From contig CAWCAG010000005.1 in the NCBI GenBank assembly GCA_963793425.1, forward strand, positions 64,001 through 128,000: a stretch of DNA of 64,000 nucleotides. The letters run 5' to 3'. Every line of letters starts with the position of its first letter. The first letter of the stretch is position 1. The position numbers and the translations under genes are program-made. The notes beneath the pieces were generated by a model that searched no databases, was not told the DNA's origin, and was given only the letters and a program-made list of their open reading frames with translations. Positions 28,739 to 39,671 of this stretch are shown here, piece after piece. The stretch is from an uncultured cyanobacterium. Its GTDB lineage: Bacteria > Cyanobacteriota > Cyanobacteriia > Cyanobacteriales > CAWCAG01.

Positions 28739-30319
28739 CTAACCCTTAACTCGTAAACTACTCAAATCAGCCAAATCCCCCTCAATTACTGCGCCTCGCT
28801 TATTCGCATCAAGATGGCGCAAAATCTTGTAGATGGTTTCAATCTCTTCTGCTGCACTAACCTTATCTGCAACCTCCCTTAAAGATAAAGGTTCTTTTGC
28901 CTCCTGCAACAGCTTAACAACCTTTGTTTGCAACTCTAACACCGATGCAGCCGCTTTCTTCCCTGCTTCCACTCCTGGTTGATGATAGGCATTAATATTA
29001 ACCAAACTGGCATATAATCCTACAGCCCGTTCATAAAGAGCAATTAACGCCCCTACAATGCGCTCATTTACTTCTGGTACTGTAATCGTAATCGAATCTC
29101 GTTGATTTTCATAAAGTGCTTGACGTGTACCTTGCAACAACCCAGAAAGATAGTCTCCTGATGTCACGGAAGGTTCAACTTCTACAGACTTTCCTTCTCT
29201 GTCTTGCAACACTTCAATAAAAGTAGCAAAGAAGTTAGGGACACCTTCCCTTAACTGCTGTACATAGGCGTGTTGATCAGTGGAACCTTTGTTACCATAA
29301 ACAGCAATGCCTTGATAAACAGTATTACCATCTAAATCTTTTTCCTTACCCAAAGATTCCATCACTAACTGTTGCAGATAGCGGCTAAATAGTAGCAAGC
29401 TATCTTTATAGGGGAGAATCACCATATCTTTTTCCCCTTTACCATTCCCTGCAAAGTACCAAGCTAGGGCCAACAAAGCCGCAGGATTGGTTTTTAATTC
29501 AGGTTTTCGGGTCAAGATATCCATCGCTTTTGCACCATCCAACATGGCTTGGATACCGATACCCTGACAAGCTGCAGCTACTAAACCCACTGCTGATAAT
29601 TCTGAAGTACGCCCTCCTATCCAATCGTGCATCGGGAAGGTGGTTAACCAAGTTTCTGAGGTGGCAATCTTGTCTAACTTACTACCTTCTCCGGTAATCG
29701 CTACTGCATGGGAAGAAAAATCTACGTGCTTTGTTTGGAAGGCTTTTTTAACTTCCAACATTCCGTTGCGAGTTTCGGGAGTGCCTCCGGACTTAGAAAT
29801 AACTAAAACCAAGGTGGTGTTTAAATCCGGAATTTCAGCTAGGGTTGCATCTATTCCCGCCGGATCGGTGTTGTCAATAAAATGAATTTTTAAAGGTGTA
29901 TCCTTTGGGGCCAAGGCTTCTGCTACAAATTGGGGGCCAAGAGCGGAACCACCAATGCCGACAGAAAGAATATCGGTAAATTTATCCGCACCAGAGGGCT
30001 GAATTTCGCCGCTATGAACTTTGCTAGCGAAGCTTTTTATTTTCTCTAAGGTAGAGACGATATCCTCTTTTAACTCTCCGTTGGGGGCTAAATCTGCATC
30101 TCGCAGCCAATAATGACCTACCATCCGGTTTTCATCAGGATTGGCGATCGCACCCTCTTCTAAAGCCTTCATATCCTGAAAGGCCTGTTGGAATTTGGGT
30201 TCCATTTCGGCTACAAAATCATCATCAAACCTCATCCGGGATATGTCTAAATAAATTCCCAGGTCTTCATCATAATAAAGCCAGTCTTGGTAGCGTTGCC
30301 AAAGGGTGATGGCATCCAT
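28739..30319 (-). CDS. pgi: Glucose-6-phosphate isomerase
   Basis: [32 protein letters not shown]. Confidence 0.96.
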   Translation of the reverse strand: MDAITLWQRYQDWLYYDEDLGIYLDISRMRFDDDFVAEMEPKFQQAFQDMKALEEGAIANPDENRMVGHYWLRDADLAPNGELKEDIVSTLEKIKSFASKVHSGEIQPSGADKFTDILSVGIGGSALGPQFVAEALAPKDTPLKIHFIDNTDPAGIDATLAEIPDLNTTLVLVISKSGGTPETRNGMLEVKKAFQTKHVDFSSHAVAITGEGSKLDKIATSETWLTTFPMHDWIGGRTSELSAVGLVAAACQGIGIQAMLDGAKAMDILTRKPELKTNPAALLALAWYFAGNGKGEKDMVILPYKDSLLLFSRYLQQLVMESLGKEKDLDGNTVYQGIAVYGNKGSTDQHAYVQQLREGVPNFFATFIEVLQDREGKSVEVEPSVTSGDYLSGLLQGTRQALYENQRDSITITVPEVNERIVGALIALYERAVGLYASLVNINAYHQPGVEAGKKAAASVLELQTKVVKLLQEAKEPLSLREVADKVSAAEEIETIYKILRHLDANKRGAVIEGDLADLSSLRVKG

Positions 30320-30522
30320 AAATCAACCTCAAAACTTAGTTCTCACCATTGGTTAGTTTAGGCTACCTTTTCCCTTCTGGGCTTTTCCTTTATTCTTTCC
30401 TCTACTTTACTTGCCTCAATCCATTACTTTGTCGGGAATACAGTAGTTTATTTAACAAAATCTCAAACTTATGTTAAGATTTGTATAGCGTTGCCAACAA
30501 ATATACTAAGGATCTAATTTTT

Positions 30523-30702
30523 ATGAGATATACAACAGAAGAAGGTGGTCGTTTAAATAACTTTGCAGTTGAGCCAAAAGTCTATGGTGCGGATGCCCCT
30601 AATAAAAATCAACAGCGTAACTATATTATTCTTGGTGTTGGTGCTTTAACTCTTGTGGGTAGCTTAATGGCAGTTGCAGTAGCAGCTTCCAACGTCAGCT
30701 AG
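30523..30702 (+). CDS. psb34: Ssl1498/Psb34-family PSII assembly protein
   Basis: YTTEEGGRLNNFAVEPKVY plus C-terminal TM helix. Confidence 0.75.
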   Translation: MRYTTEEGGRLNNFAVEPKVYGADAPNKNQQRNYIILGVGALTLVGSLMAVAVAASNVS

Positions 30703-30846
30703 AAAAAATATCTTGATATAATTCAACTAAAATTAAATTTTAAATTGGGAAAGATTGGCTTGGAAAGACCAGTCTTTCTTATTGTTTTTGGGACTTATAT
30801 TAAATTCTCTATATAGTTTAAATTAAGTAAAAGCCTAAACAGATAA

Positions 30847-31638
30847 ATGAAACTGCTCATTAGCAACGACGACGGCATTTTTGCCTTGGGAATTCGTATT
30901 TTAGCAAATACTTTAGCGAAAGCAGGACATGAAGTTATTGTAGTTTGTCCTGACAGAGAACGTTCTGCCACAGGCCATGGCTTAACTTTACATAGACCAA
31001 TTCGTGCTGAGATCGTAGACTCTATTTTCCATCCCCAAGTAATAGCTTGGTCTTGTTCAGGAACTCCTTCCGATTGTGTTAAATTTGCCCTGTCTGCTGT
31101 GCTGGATAATCGTCCCGATTTTGTTCTGGCAGGCATTAATCATGGGTCAAATTTAGGTACAGATATTCTTTATTCCGGTACTGTTTCTGCTGCTATGGAA
31201 GGAACAATTGAAGGGATTCCTAGCATTGCGATTAGTTTGGCTAGTCATAGTTGTCAAGATTTTCAACCTGCTGCTAATTTCGCTGAGAATCTACTAACCA
31301 CTTTAAGCAAAAATTCTTTGTCCGAAACTACTTTGATTAATGTTAATGTACCTCCCGTACCAGAACAAGAAATAGCTGGAGTTATGTTAACTCGCCAAGG
31401 TTATCGCCGTTATACAGAAATTTTTCAAAAAAGGTTAGATCCCCGTGGCAAAACCTATTATTGGTTAGCAGGGGAAGCAGTAGAAGAAATAGAACAGCCA
31501 GAACATACCCATTTACCTGCAAGCATTTTGACTGATGTTCAAGCTATTAAAAAGAACTATATTACTCTGACTCCTCTTCAATATAATCTTACGGATGTTA
31601 AAGGATTTTCTGCTCTGCAAGAAATCAAAGATTTGTAG
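30847..31638 (+). CDS. surE: 5'/3'-nucleotidase SurE
   Basis: [27 protein letters not shown]. Confidence 0.95.
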   Translation: MKLLISNDDGIFALGIRILANTLAKAGHEVIVVCPDRERSATGHGLTLHRPIRAEIVDSIFHPQVIAWSCSGTPSDCVKFALSAVLDNRPDFVLAGINHGSNLGTDILYSGTVSAAMEGTIEGIPSIAISLASHSCQDFQPAANFAENLLTTLSKNSLSETTLINVNVPPVPEQEIAGVMLTRQGYRRYTEIFQKRLDPRGKTYYWLAGEAVEEIEQPEHTHLPASILTDVQAIKKNYITLTPLQYNLTDVKGFSALQEIKDL

Positions 31639-31719
31639 CTTAGACTGTGGTTGATGGATTAAAAACTGGCGAGTAAAGGGTAAAAAATAATCCTTCGATT
31701 TGCTCAAGACGCACTAGCT

Positions 31720-32379
31720 TTAAGTGCTGGCAATTTGCTTTGAAAGCTGCTGTATACAAAATCTAAAGTAATAACTTAGCCAACTTACGATTCCCAAAAA
31801 TTTAAATCCTTCTTCAACAATAGAATGTCCTGATAAACTACTAGGAGTCATGTCAACAATTGTTGAGAGCAAGAAGCAGACGATAGCTAATAACAGAAAC
31901 AGAAAATCGGAATGAAAAATTGTTTTCCAGAATTTATATATAAATCCAGAAATCAGTGTTCCATAGACGATAAAAACAACTAGCTCTGCTAAGTTCTTCA
32001 TTTTTCTGGGCATATCACTAGAACCGTACAGAATTAAATCAAAGTTCTCGTGAAGCAGAAACAAATCATCAAATAAAAGCAGCGTTGACAAAAGCCCAGA
32101 AAACAGTAGGAATAACACAACCCGGTGCTTACCCCTTGCCTCACCATATCGTGAAATCAGGAATGAGCAAAACAAGCAGATGGTTACGGTTGCACACCAA
32201 AATAAATTACCGATTTGAGATACAATGCCGGTGTAAGGCGCTTGTTTAGCAAATCCATTTGGATCTGCAACCAGTTGCTCTGGGTGAATATTAGCAACTT
32301 TGGCCACAATATAAGTTAAAATAATTAAGCAAGCACAAGGAAGATAAACCTTGACTAGGGTTTGAAAAGAGACTGACAT
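31720..32379 (-). CDS. Hypothetical multi-pass membrane protein
   Basis: Several TM segments, DDLFLLHE and EEGFKFLG motifs. Confidence 0.6.
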   Translation of the reverse strand: MSVSFQTLVKVYLPCACLIILTYIVAKVANIHPEQLVADPNGFAKQAPYTGIVSQIGNLFWCATVTICLFCSFLISRYGEARGKHRVVLFLLFSGLLSTLLLFDDLFLLHENFDLILYGSSDMPRKMKNLAELVVFIVYGTLISGFIYKFWKTIFHSDFLFLLLAIVCFLLSTIVDMTPSSLSGHSIVEEGFKFLGIVSWLSYYFRFCIQQLSKQIAST

Positions 32380-32689
32380 GACAGAGAGAAAACTTTAAAT
32401 TTGATTATGTTTATTTAAAGTAATCTTAACCCAAGCATAACCTCAAGAGCTATTGCTGTAATTTTTCTTTTTTTTCTTGACAGGAATGGAATTGCCTCCT
32501 CACCTACTCTTACTCCCTACCCTCACCGGTAACTTATGCTATTTAAACAGGATTTGGTATGATTTGGGCGATCGCAGCCATGATTTTGAACGTAAATATA
32601 GATAAAAACGTGGTCTTTAATGATCTTTGTATAACTGCTATAAAAACCATACCCTGTTATGGTTGAGCAGCTTAGTCGTAAATAATTTT

Positions 32690-32703
32690 GTATAATGTGT
32701 TAC
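32690..32703. promoter_or_regulatory. NtcA-type box overlapping a TATAAT
   Basis: GTA-taatgtgt-TAC, with TATAAT at 32691-32696. Confidence 0.5.
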
Positions 32704-32972
32704 GATTAAACTAAAGCTAAGTTTAAAACGGAACTCACTTAAGGTCTGAAGTTCTCGCTGCAAAATCAACACCGCTTAGGCTTTGAAAGAATCAACTAGA
32801 TTATAAGATTTTTATTGCATAAGATTTTTTGACAGCTTTTTTTGCGAAAGCAAATAAGGCAGAGTTTGTGCAACATTTTTGCCTAAAAAATTAAGCCTGA
32901 ATTTTTAGAGAAGTTTAGTAGATGCAACAAACTTCTTGAATATTTGGGAATATATTAAAGGAAATTGTTTTA

Positions 32973-34094
32973 ATGGCAATCGTAAAAGAAACAGCCTTGG
33001 TTTACTGTGAAAACCAATTCGGTTTAGTGGATGGAAAGACTGCCGCAGCATTGGTTCGCCACTCCGAAATTTATACTATTGTTGGAGTAATTGATAGTTC
33101 CTTGGCTGGTAAGGATGCAGGGGAAGCATTGGGAGAAAAAAAGAGTGGTATTCCCATTTTTGCTAATTTAGATGAAGCTTTGAGTAAACTTTCACAAGTT
33201 CCAAGCTGTTACATTTATGGCAAGGCTCCCTTAGACGCTTATATATCCATAGAAGAGAGGTTTCTCATCTTAGAAGCGATGGAAAAAGGCATGGATATTA
33301 TTAATGGTCTTCATCAATTTTTCTCTGAAGATCAAGAGTTTGTTGATCTGGCTGCCCATAACCAGGTCAAGATTAAAGACATTAGAAAACCGCCGCAATT
33401 AAATGATTTGCACGTCTTTACTGGTCAAATATCTGAAGTTAATGTACCTGTAATTGCTGTGTTGGGTACTGATTGTGCTTGTGGAAAAATGACCACCGCA
33501 GTAGAACTCAACAAGGCATTAAATAATCTTGGCATCAAGTCGTTACTGGTTGCAACAGGACAAACTAGCTTGATGCAAGGAGCAATGTACGGTGTATCAA
33601 TCGATGCTCTTATTTCTCAGTTTGTGATTGGCGAGATCGAAAACGCTGTTGTTCAAAGCTTTGACAATGAAAGTCCTGACCTTATTTTAGTGGAGGGACA
33701 GAGTGCTGTTAGTCATCCTGCTTTCATGAGTTCTGTGGGCATTTTGAAAGGAAGTATGCCCGACGGTATTGTCCTGCAACATCCACCAGCAAGGAAGTTT
33801 CGCTGCGACTTTCCCCATTTGGCAATGCCAACTGTTGGGGGAGAAATCAAACTAATTGAAGCGATTTCGACCGCTAGGGTAATGGCGATCACCTTAAGCC
33901 ATGAAAATTTAGAAGAGAGAGAAATTCTCACAATTATAGAGGATTATGAGCAGCGCTTTCAATTGCCAACAACGGATGTATTGAGTTATGGCTGTCAGAA
34001 AATTGTACAAACATTAGTTAATAATTTTCCTAAATTGAAGCAAAAAATCGTGAGAAAGAAGTCAGAGAAAGTTCCTGTGTTGGCAACAAGATAG
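32973..34094 (+). CDS. DUF1611 family protein (DgcN-like)
   Basis: GKTAAALVR, GMDIINGLH, P-loop-like GTDCACGKMTT, ATGQT, VEGQSA. Confidence 0.85.
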   Translation: MAIVKETALVYCENQFGLVDGKTAAALVRHSEIYTIVGVIDSSLAGKDAGEALGEKKSGIPIFANLDEALSKLSQVPSCYIYGKAPLDAYISIEERFLILEAMEKGMDIINGLHQFFSEDQEFVDLAAHNQVKIKDIRKPPQLNDLHVFTGQISEVNVPVIAVLGTDCACGKMTTAVELNKALNNLGIKSLLVATGQTSLMQGAMYGVSIDALISQFVIGEIENAVVQSFDNESPDLILVEGQSAVSHPAFMSSVGILKGSMPDGIVLQHPPARKFRCDFPHLAMPTVGGEIKLIEAISTARVMAITLSHENLEEREILTIIEDYEQRFQLPTTDVLSYGCQKIVQTLVNNFPKLKQKIVRKKSEKVPVLATR

Positions 34095-34117
34095 GTTTAA
34101 TTTTGAAAAAATAAGTA

Positions 34118-35197
34118 ATGAAATTGTTCCTGCCCAGAATAGAGATTATTCTATCTAAAATACAGGATAATGCCAGGATGCTTTGCGAACTTTATGGGCA
34201 AAAAGGGATTTCTGTCATGGGAGTTTCTAAAGCAGTTTTAGGAGAACCTGCTATTATCGAAGCTATGATTCAAGGGGGAGTTAAATTTATTGCTGACTCT
34301 CGCCTAGAAAATATTCAAAAGATGAGAAAGGCAGGAATTGCTACTCAGTTTGTTCTTTTGCGTACTCCTTTGAGTCAGGCTGAAGCTGTGGTTGAAAGTG
34401 CAGATATTAGCTTGAATACGGAGATGGAAACTCTAAAAAAGCTTGCTTATTATGCCGAAGTACATAATAAAATTCATCAGGTAATTATTATGGTGGAGTT
34501 AGGTGATCTGCGGGAAGGCATATTACCTAGGGATCTTCTTCAATTTATTAGGAAAACCCTAGCTTTACCTTATCTAAAAGTTGTGGGCATTGGCTGTAAT
34601 TTGGCTTGTTATGGTGGTGTGAAGCCAGATACTCAGAATATGAATGAATTATCTAATCTGGTTGAGCTAATTGAAAAAGAATTACAGCTTGATTTAGCAA
34701 TAATTTCAGGGGGAAATTCCGCAAATTATGAGTGGTATAAATCTGCCCAAGATATTGGTAAAATTAATAATCTTCGCTTAGGTGAATCTATTTTTTTAGG
34801 TTGCGAAACAGTTAACCGCAAAGCTATCCCCGGTTTGCACACCAGTGCATTTCAACTTGTTGCTGAAGTGATCGAATCAAAAAAAAAGCCATCTTTGCCC
34901 ATAGGAGAAATATGTCAAGACGCTTTTGGTAATGTTCCTAGTTTCCCAGATCGAGGAATTCGCCAAAGAGTAATTATTGCTTTAGGAAGACAGGATGTTT
35001 TGGTATCTGGCTTGAAGTCGAATCAGCAGCTAGAAACATTAGGATCTAGCAGTGATCAAATTATTCTCGATGGTGAGAATCATAATTTACAGGTTGGAGA
35101 CGAGGTGAATTTTAACCTAGATTACGGCGGCCTTCTCGCAGCTATGACTTCTCCTTTTATTAAAAAGCAATTTATCAAGCCGAAGTACTCCTCTTAA
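34118..35197 (+). CDS. PLP-dependent alanine/ornithine racemase-family enzyme
   Basis: GVSKAVLG, ADSRLEN, ELGDLREG, ISGGNS, NLRLGES, GRQD. Confidence 0.85.
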   Translation: MKLFLPRIEIILSKIQDNARMLCELYGQKGISVMGVSKAVLGEPAIIEAMIQGGVKFIADSRLENIQKMRKAGIATQFVLLRTPLSQAEAVVESADISLNTEMETLKKLAYYAEVHNKIHQVIIMVELGDLREGILPRDLLQFIRKTLALPYLKVVGIGCNLACYGGVKPDTQNMNELSNLVELIEKELQLDLAIISGGNSANYEWYKSAQDIGKINNLRLGESIFLGCETVNRKAIPGLHTSAFQLVAEVIESKKKPSLPIGEICQDAFGNVPSFPDRGIRQRVIIALGRQDVLVSGLKSNQQLETLGSSSDQIILDGENHNLQVGDEVNFNLDYGGLLAAMTSPFIKKQFIKPKYSS

Positions 35198-35266
35198 AAA
35201 TCCCCCGTCACCCTCTAAAAAAAGGGGATTCAGGGGACAAAGTTATTTAGCGCGATCGCACCAAAA

Positions 35267-37804
35267 TCAAGTATTAACGTTTAAGGCAGCGTTATCCTGC
35301 ACATACTCATCTAACTCAATTTTCACTGGTTTAACTTGCCAAATATCCTGGCAATATTCCCGAATTGTGCGGTCAGAAGAGAATTTGCCCATATTGGCAG
35401 AGTTGAGAATAGACATCCTTGTCCATTTTTCTTGGTCTTGATAAACTTGGCTAACCTGTTCTTGACAATCAAGGTAAGATTGGTAATCTACCATCAGCAT
35501 ATACTGGTCGTCATAGAGTAAAGAGTCCACAAGGGGCTTAAAGAGATTGGTATCTCCATGGGAGAAGTAGCCAGAGGCGATGCGGTCAATGACCGCTTTT
35601 AGTTCTAAGTTGCGTCTGTAGTAGTGCATAGGCTCATAACCTTTAGCTTTCATTGCTTGCACTTCAGCAGCCGTTAGACCAAAGAGGAAGAAGTTTTCTG
35701 CACCGGCTTCTTCACGAATCTCGATATTCGCCCCATCTAATGTACCAACGGTGAGTGCGCCGTTCATGGCAAACTTCATGTTACCTGTACCAGAAGCTTC
35801 TTTACCCGCTGTGGAAATTTGTTCGGAAAGATCCGCTGCCGGATAAATTTTCTGGCCAAGAGAGACGCTGAAGTTGGCTATAAATACCACCTTTAAGCGA
35901 CCCCGTACATCAGGATCTTTGTTAACTACTTCGGCGACAGAGTTAACTAGTTTGATGATTAGCTTAGCAGTGAAGTAACCAGGGGCCGCTTTGCCACCGA
36001 AAATAAAAGTTCGGGGTTGAATATCAATGTTGGGATTTTTCTTGATGCGGTTGTAGAGGGTGATGATGTGCAGAACATCTAGCAGTTGGCGCTTATATTC
36101 GTGGAGACGCTTAACCAATACATCAAAGATGGAATTAGGGTCTACCCGCAAACCTTTTTGTTTCCAGATATAGGTAGCTAACTTGCGCTTATTTTCGAGT
36201 TTAATTGCCTGCCAGCGATCACAAAACTCAGCATCATCAACAAAGGTTGCTAATTTTTCGAGTTTATCTAAGTTAGTTAGCCAACCATCACCAATTTTTT
36301 CGGTAATTAGAGTCGCCAGTTTGGGGTTACTTAGCAACATCCAACGACGGGGTGTGACTCCGTTAGTCATGTTGAAGAATTTTTCTGGCCATAGTTCAGC
36401 AAAATCTCTTAAGGTATCTTGCTTCAGCAATTTGGTATGGAGTGCTGCTACTCCATTAACGGCGTGACTGCCCACACAAGCTAAGTTAGCCATGCGGATA
36501 GATTTGATCGGGGATTCTTCAATAATGGAGAGTCGGTTTGCCCTTGCGTCGTCTCCAGGATACCAGGTTTGGATATCTTCCATGAAGCGATGATTAATTT
36601 CGTAAATAATTTCTAAATGCCTGGGCAACAAGCTTTCAAATAAACTAACCGGCCAACGTTCTAAAGCTTCAGGCAAAAGAGTATGGTTGGTGTAAGCAAA
36701 GGTTTGTTGGGTAATTTCCCAAGCTGTATCCCAATGCAAGTTATGTTCATCTACTAATAAGCGCATCAATTCAGCAATACTTACAGCCGGGTGAGTGTCA
36801 TTTAGTTGAACAGCAACCCTTGCATGAAGGTTATGCAAATTGTTGTTATGACGCAGATGATTACGAATAATATCTTGCAAGGAAGCAGAGACGAAGAAGA
36901 ATTGTTGTTCTAAGCGTAACTGCCGACCTTGGGGAGTATTGTCGTTAGGATAGAGGACTTTGGAGATTGTCTCTGAAGTCATCTTGTCATAAACAGCATG
37001 GTCGTAGTTACCGGCATTAAAAGCCTCAAAATCAAATTCGTCACTAGCTTCAGCTTTCCAAAGCCGTAGAGGATTAACGGTGTTGGTGTTATATCCAGGT
37101 ACAGGAGTATCATAGGGAACAGCTATAACTGTCCTTTCAGGAACCCAAGATACTCGGTATTGTCCTTTTTTGGAGCAGTAGGTTTCTGTATGACCCCCAA
37201 ATTTAATTTCTACGGTGTCTTCAGGACGAGCAATTTCCCAAGGATTGCCAAAACGCAGCCATTTATCAGGAATTTCTACTTGCCAACCATCTTGAATGAC
37301 TTGGTGGAAAATACCAAACTCATAGCGAATTCCATAGCCAATGGCAGGAATTTCTAAGGCAGCTAAGGAATCAAGGAAACAAGCGGCTAGTCTTCCCAAA
37401 CCACCATTACCCAAACCAGGATCTACTTCTTGTTCCATCAACTCTTCTAGATTCAACCCTGATTCTTCTACAACCTGCTGCATTTTTTCATAAAGGCCCA
37501 TATTAATCAGGTTGTTACCCAGATGACGACCCATGAGAAATTCTGCTGATAGGTAACAAACAGTCTTAGCATCTCGGTCAGAATAAGTTTTGGAGGTTTT
37601 TAACCAACGTTGTAACAATCTATCCCTGACAGTGTATGCCAAAGCCATATAAAAGTCTTTGAGAGTAGCTAAGGATTGGTGTTTGCCTTGAATATAAAAA
37701 AGATTATCAGCAAAAGCCCGCTTCAGGGTTTCGATACTCATCCCTGTGCGGTCGTCTTCTACTTGAATGTTGATGGGTTTTACGAGGTTGGTTTTTTGAT
37801 TCAC
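35267..37804 (-). CDS. glgP: Glycogen phosphorylase
   Basis: [34 protein letters not shown]. Confidence 0.97.
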   Translation of the reverse strand: MNQKTNLVKPINIQVEDDRTGMSIETLKRAFADNLFYIQGKHQSLATLKDFYMALAYTVRDRLLQRWLKTSKTYSDRDAKTVCYLSAEFLMGRHLGNNLINMGLYEKMQQVVEESGLNLEELMEQEVDPGLGNGGLGRLAACFLDSLAALEIPAIGYGIRYEFGIFHQVIQDGWQVEIPDKWLRFGNPWEIARPEDTVEIKFGGHTETYCSKKGQYRVSWVPERTVIAVPYDTPVPGYNTNTVNPLRLWKAEASDEFDFEAFNAGNYDHAVYDKMTSETISKVLYPNDNTPQGRQLRLEQQFFFVSASLQDIIRNHLRHNNNLHNLHARVAVQLNDTHPAVSIAELMRLLVDEHNLHWDTAWEITQQTFAYTNHTLLPEALERWPVSLFESLLPRHLEIIYEINHRFMEDIQTWYPGDDARANRLSIIEESPIKSIRMANLACVGSHAVNGVAALHTKLLKQDTLRDFAELWPEKFFNMTNGVTPRRWMLLSNPKLATLITEKIGDGWLTNLDKLEKLATFVDDAEFCDRWQAIKLENKRKLATYIWKQKGLRVDPNSIFDVLVKRLHEYKRQLLDVLHIITLYNRIKKNPNIDIQPRTFIFGGKAAPGYFTAKLIIKLVNSVAEVVNKDPDVRGRLKVVFIANFSVSLGQKIYPAADLSEQISTAGKEASGTGNMKFAMNGALTVGTLDGANIEIREEAGAENFFLFGLTAAEVQAMKAKGYEPMHYYRRNLELKAVIDRIASGYFSHGDTNLFKPLVDSLLYDDQYMLMVDYQSYLDCQEQVSQVYQDQEKWTRMSILNSANMGKFSSDRTIREYCQDIWQVKPVKIELDEYVQDNAALNVNT

Positions 37805-38299
37805 AAGTGTCTCCTGTCTATTCTATAAAGACTATCTATATCGGTCATTAGTTGTAGCCTCCTGGTACAGCAGGCATCCTATCAGATTGCATCAGACGCA
37901 ATCAGTATTATTAACTTCACTGTAGACAACCAAATCGAAACCCTTGGTAGTTGCTCATTATTCTTTATACCCCTAGCTAAGAAAATTGTGTGTTCACTGA
38001 GATTGACAACTAATGAATGTACTCTAATTCGGCCTTTTTTAACGTTAATGGCGATCTGAGCAAATATGCTTAAACTTTTATACCATCTTTAAAGTTTTCT
38101 CTTCAGGTAATGCGATCCCACAGCAAAAGGTGATACCAAAACAATTTGATACCAAATCCGCTTACAAAACCCTACTCCTTACAAGTGTAGGTTTTTTACA
38201 TTTAGCGATTTTTTTGCTAGGGAGCTAAGGAGGTGGGGAGCTAGGGGGCTAGGGAGAAAACTAATAGCTAATAGCTATTAGCAACTAGCCAAAACGCAA

Positions 38300-38779
38300 T
38301 TAACAACGAAGAATCGACCATTGCTCAGGCTTAGACTTATTTACTACCTTCACATCTGCATAGGTTTTTATCCATAAACTCGCTCCACAATCTTTCGGCG
38401 TTTCCGGGCAATAATCGATCCGACAATAGCCGAATATCTCTAGTTCATGACCACGAATGCTCTTTGAACCATGTTTGACAGTTAGCACATCTTTCAAGGG
38501 TACTTCGGGCCCTTGCTCAACAATGGTTTTAGCGTTGGTAGTGATGTGGTTTTTATTCACATAAATAGTTTTTGGCCCCCGTCCCTTTAAAGTACTCCAA
38601 CGAGGTTTAGGTCCTCTTCTGCCGCGAGAAACCTTGGGTTTGTCACGATATAAAGGTATGACCCAGCCTGTGCGCTTTTTATAAGCCCCTTTAATACGTT
38701 GTTGTTGAAGCAAGTAGAGAACTCTTCTTTGAGAAACTCTCAAGATTTGGGCAGCGATGGAGGTGTTGACGTATTTCAT
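38300..38779 (-). CDS. Excisionase-like HTH DNA-binding protein with phage-like C-terminal domain
   Basis: AAQILRVSQRRVLYLLQQQRIKGAYK...WVIP; C-terminal IYVN...HELEI...CGASLWI. Confidence 0.65.
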   Translation of the reverse strand: MKYVNTSIAAQILRVSQRRVLYLLQQQRIKGAYKKRTGWVIPLYRDKPKVSRGRRGPKPRWSTLKGRGPKTIYVNKNHITTNAKTIVEQGPEVPLKDVLTVKHGSKSIRGHELEIFGYCRIDYCPETPKDCGASLWIKTYADVKVVNKSKPEQWSILRC

Positions 38780-38961
38780 GGCAGAATATGGCTGGAAAAC
38801 TATTCTAGTATTGTTTTGAGCAGGAAAAGCTATGAAAAAGACAATTCTTTTTTTAAACAGAGTTGCTATCTAGCTTAACTTTTTGTCTGTGGTTATGGAA
38901 GTATGTAGGGGCAACCCGTCTCTATTATTTTAGCTACGGGCAAATTAAACTAAATATAGTC

Positions 38962-38987
38962 AATGTTTAATGTTTAATGTTTAATGT
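38962..38987. repeat. Heptamer tandem repeat (aatgttt, about 4 units)
   Basis: aatgtttaatgtttaatgtttaatgtt. Confidence 0.8.
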
Positions 38988-39671
38988 TCATTGAGCAAGT
39001 AATTCAATTAGTTCATCCTTTTTCTTGTTGCTATAACCAGACATTCCTCGCTTTTTGGCCATCTTTTTCAGGTCTTTGTTTGTCATAGTGGTTAAGATTG
39101 CTGGATCTTTAATCACGTCAGGTAGAGGTTGAGGGGTTAGTTCAAAGACTTCTTTAAGGGTATCGAGTTTTTTCCCCTTGGTGATGCCACATTTAAGTTT
39201 TGGGATTTCGTTGAAGTTTTGCCAATATTGCCGAGGGGCTTCATCAATACGGTTTGTGGCTACAGCAAGTTTCACTCCCTTAAGAGGGCTACCGGGTTTT
39301 TCAATGAGATATTGTAAGGTTGCTTGAATTTCATCTCTGGTGGCTGTAGAAAGATTGATTTTGGGGATTATTTCCCCGGCAAGAGTTTTAGCTGATTGAG
39401 CAGTTTCTTCACTATCATCGGCGATAATACACCAAACCTTTTCTAAACCGGCTTCTTCTGCCACCGCGTAAATAAATAAGTTGGCGATCGCTTCATAACT
39501 ATCTTCCCCAGTTTCTTTCACAATTAAAGGAAGCCAATTTCTTCCCCCGCAATCATTAAGGGTTTTTGCTGTAGCTTTAATTAAAAATTCTGGGGCATCT
39601 GTCCCTGTACTTGGTTCAATTTCTTCCAGGTATAAGTACATCAAATTGCCAATATCGCTTAAGTTACTCAT
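38988..39671 (-). CDS. Degenerate ParB/Srx-like + HhH-like + Rho-N/SAP-like protein
   Basis: NWLPLIVKETGEDSYEAIAN...AGLEKVWCII; INLSTATRDEI; DLKKMAKKRGMSGYSNKKKDELIELL. Confidence 0.7.
   Translation of the reverse strand: MSNLSDIGNLMYLYLEEIEPSTGTDAPEFLIKATAKTLNDCGGRNWLPLIVKETGEDSYEAIANLFIYAVAEEAGLEKVWCIIADDSEETAQSAKTLAGEIIPKINLSTATRDEIQATLQYLIEKPGSPLKGVKLAVATNRIDEAPRQYWQNFNEIPKLKCGITKGKKLDTLKEVFELTPQPLPDVIKDPAILTTMTNKDLKKMAKKRGMSGYSNKKKDELIELLAQ

Noticed and set aside
28494..28742. 82-aa hydrophobic ORF between dacB and pgi
   Set aside because: TTG start, low-complexity AT-rich sequence, occupies the dacB upstream region; cannot be supported without homology
38860..38925. Possible glnA glutamine riboswitch (ggaagta with gttgc/gcaac)
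   Set aside because: No P3 stem or GAAG element, and it faces the 3' end of a gene
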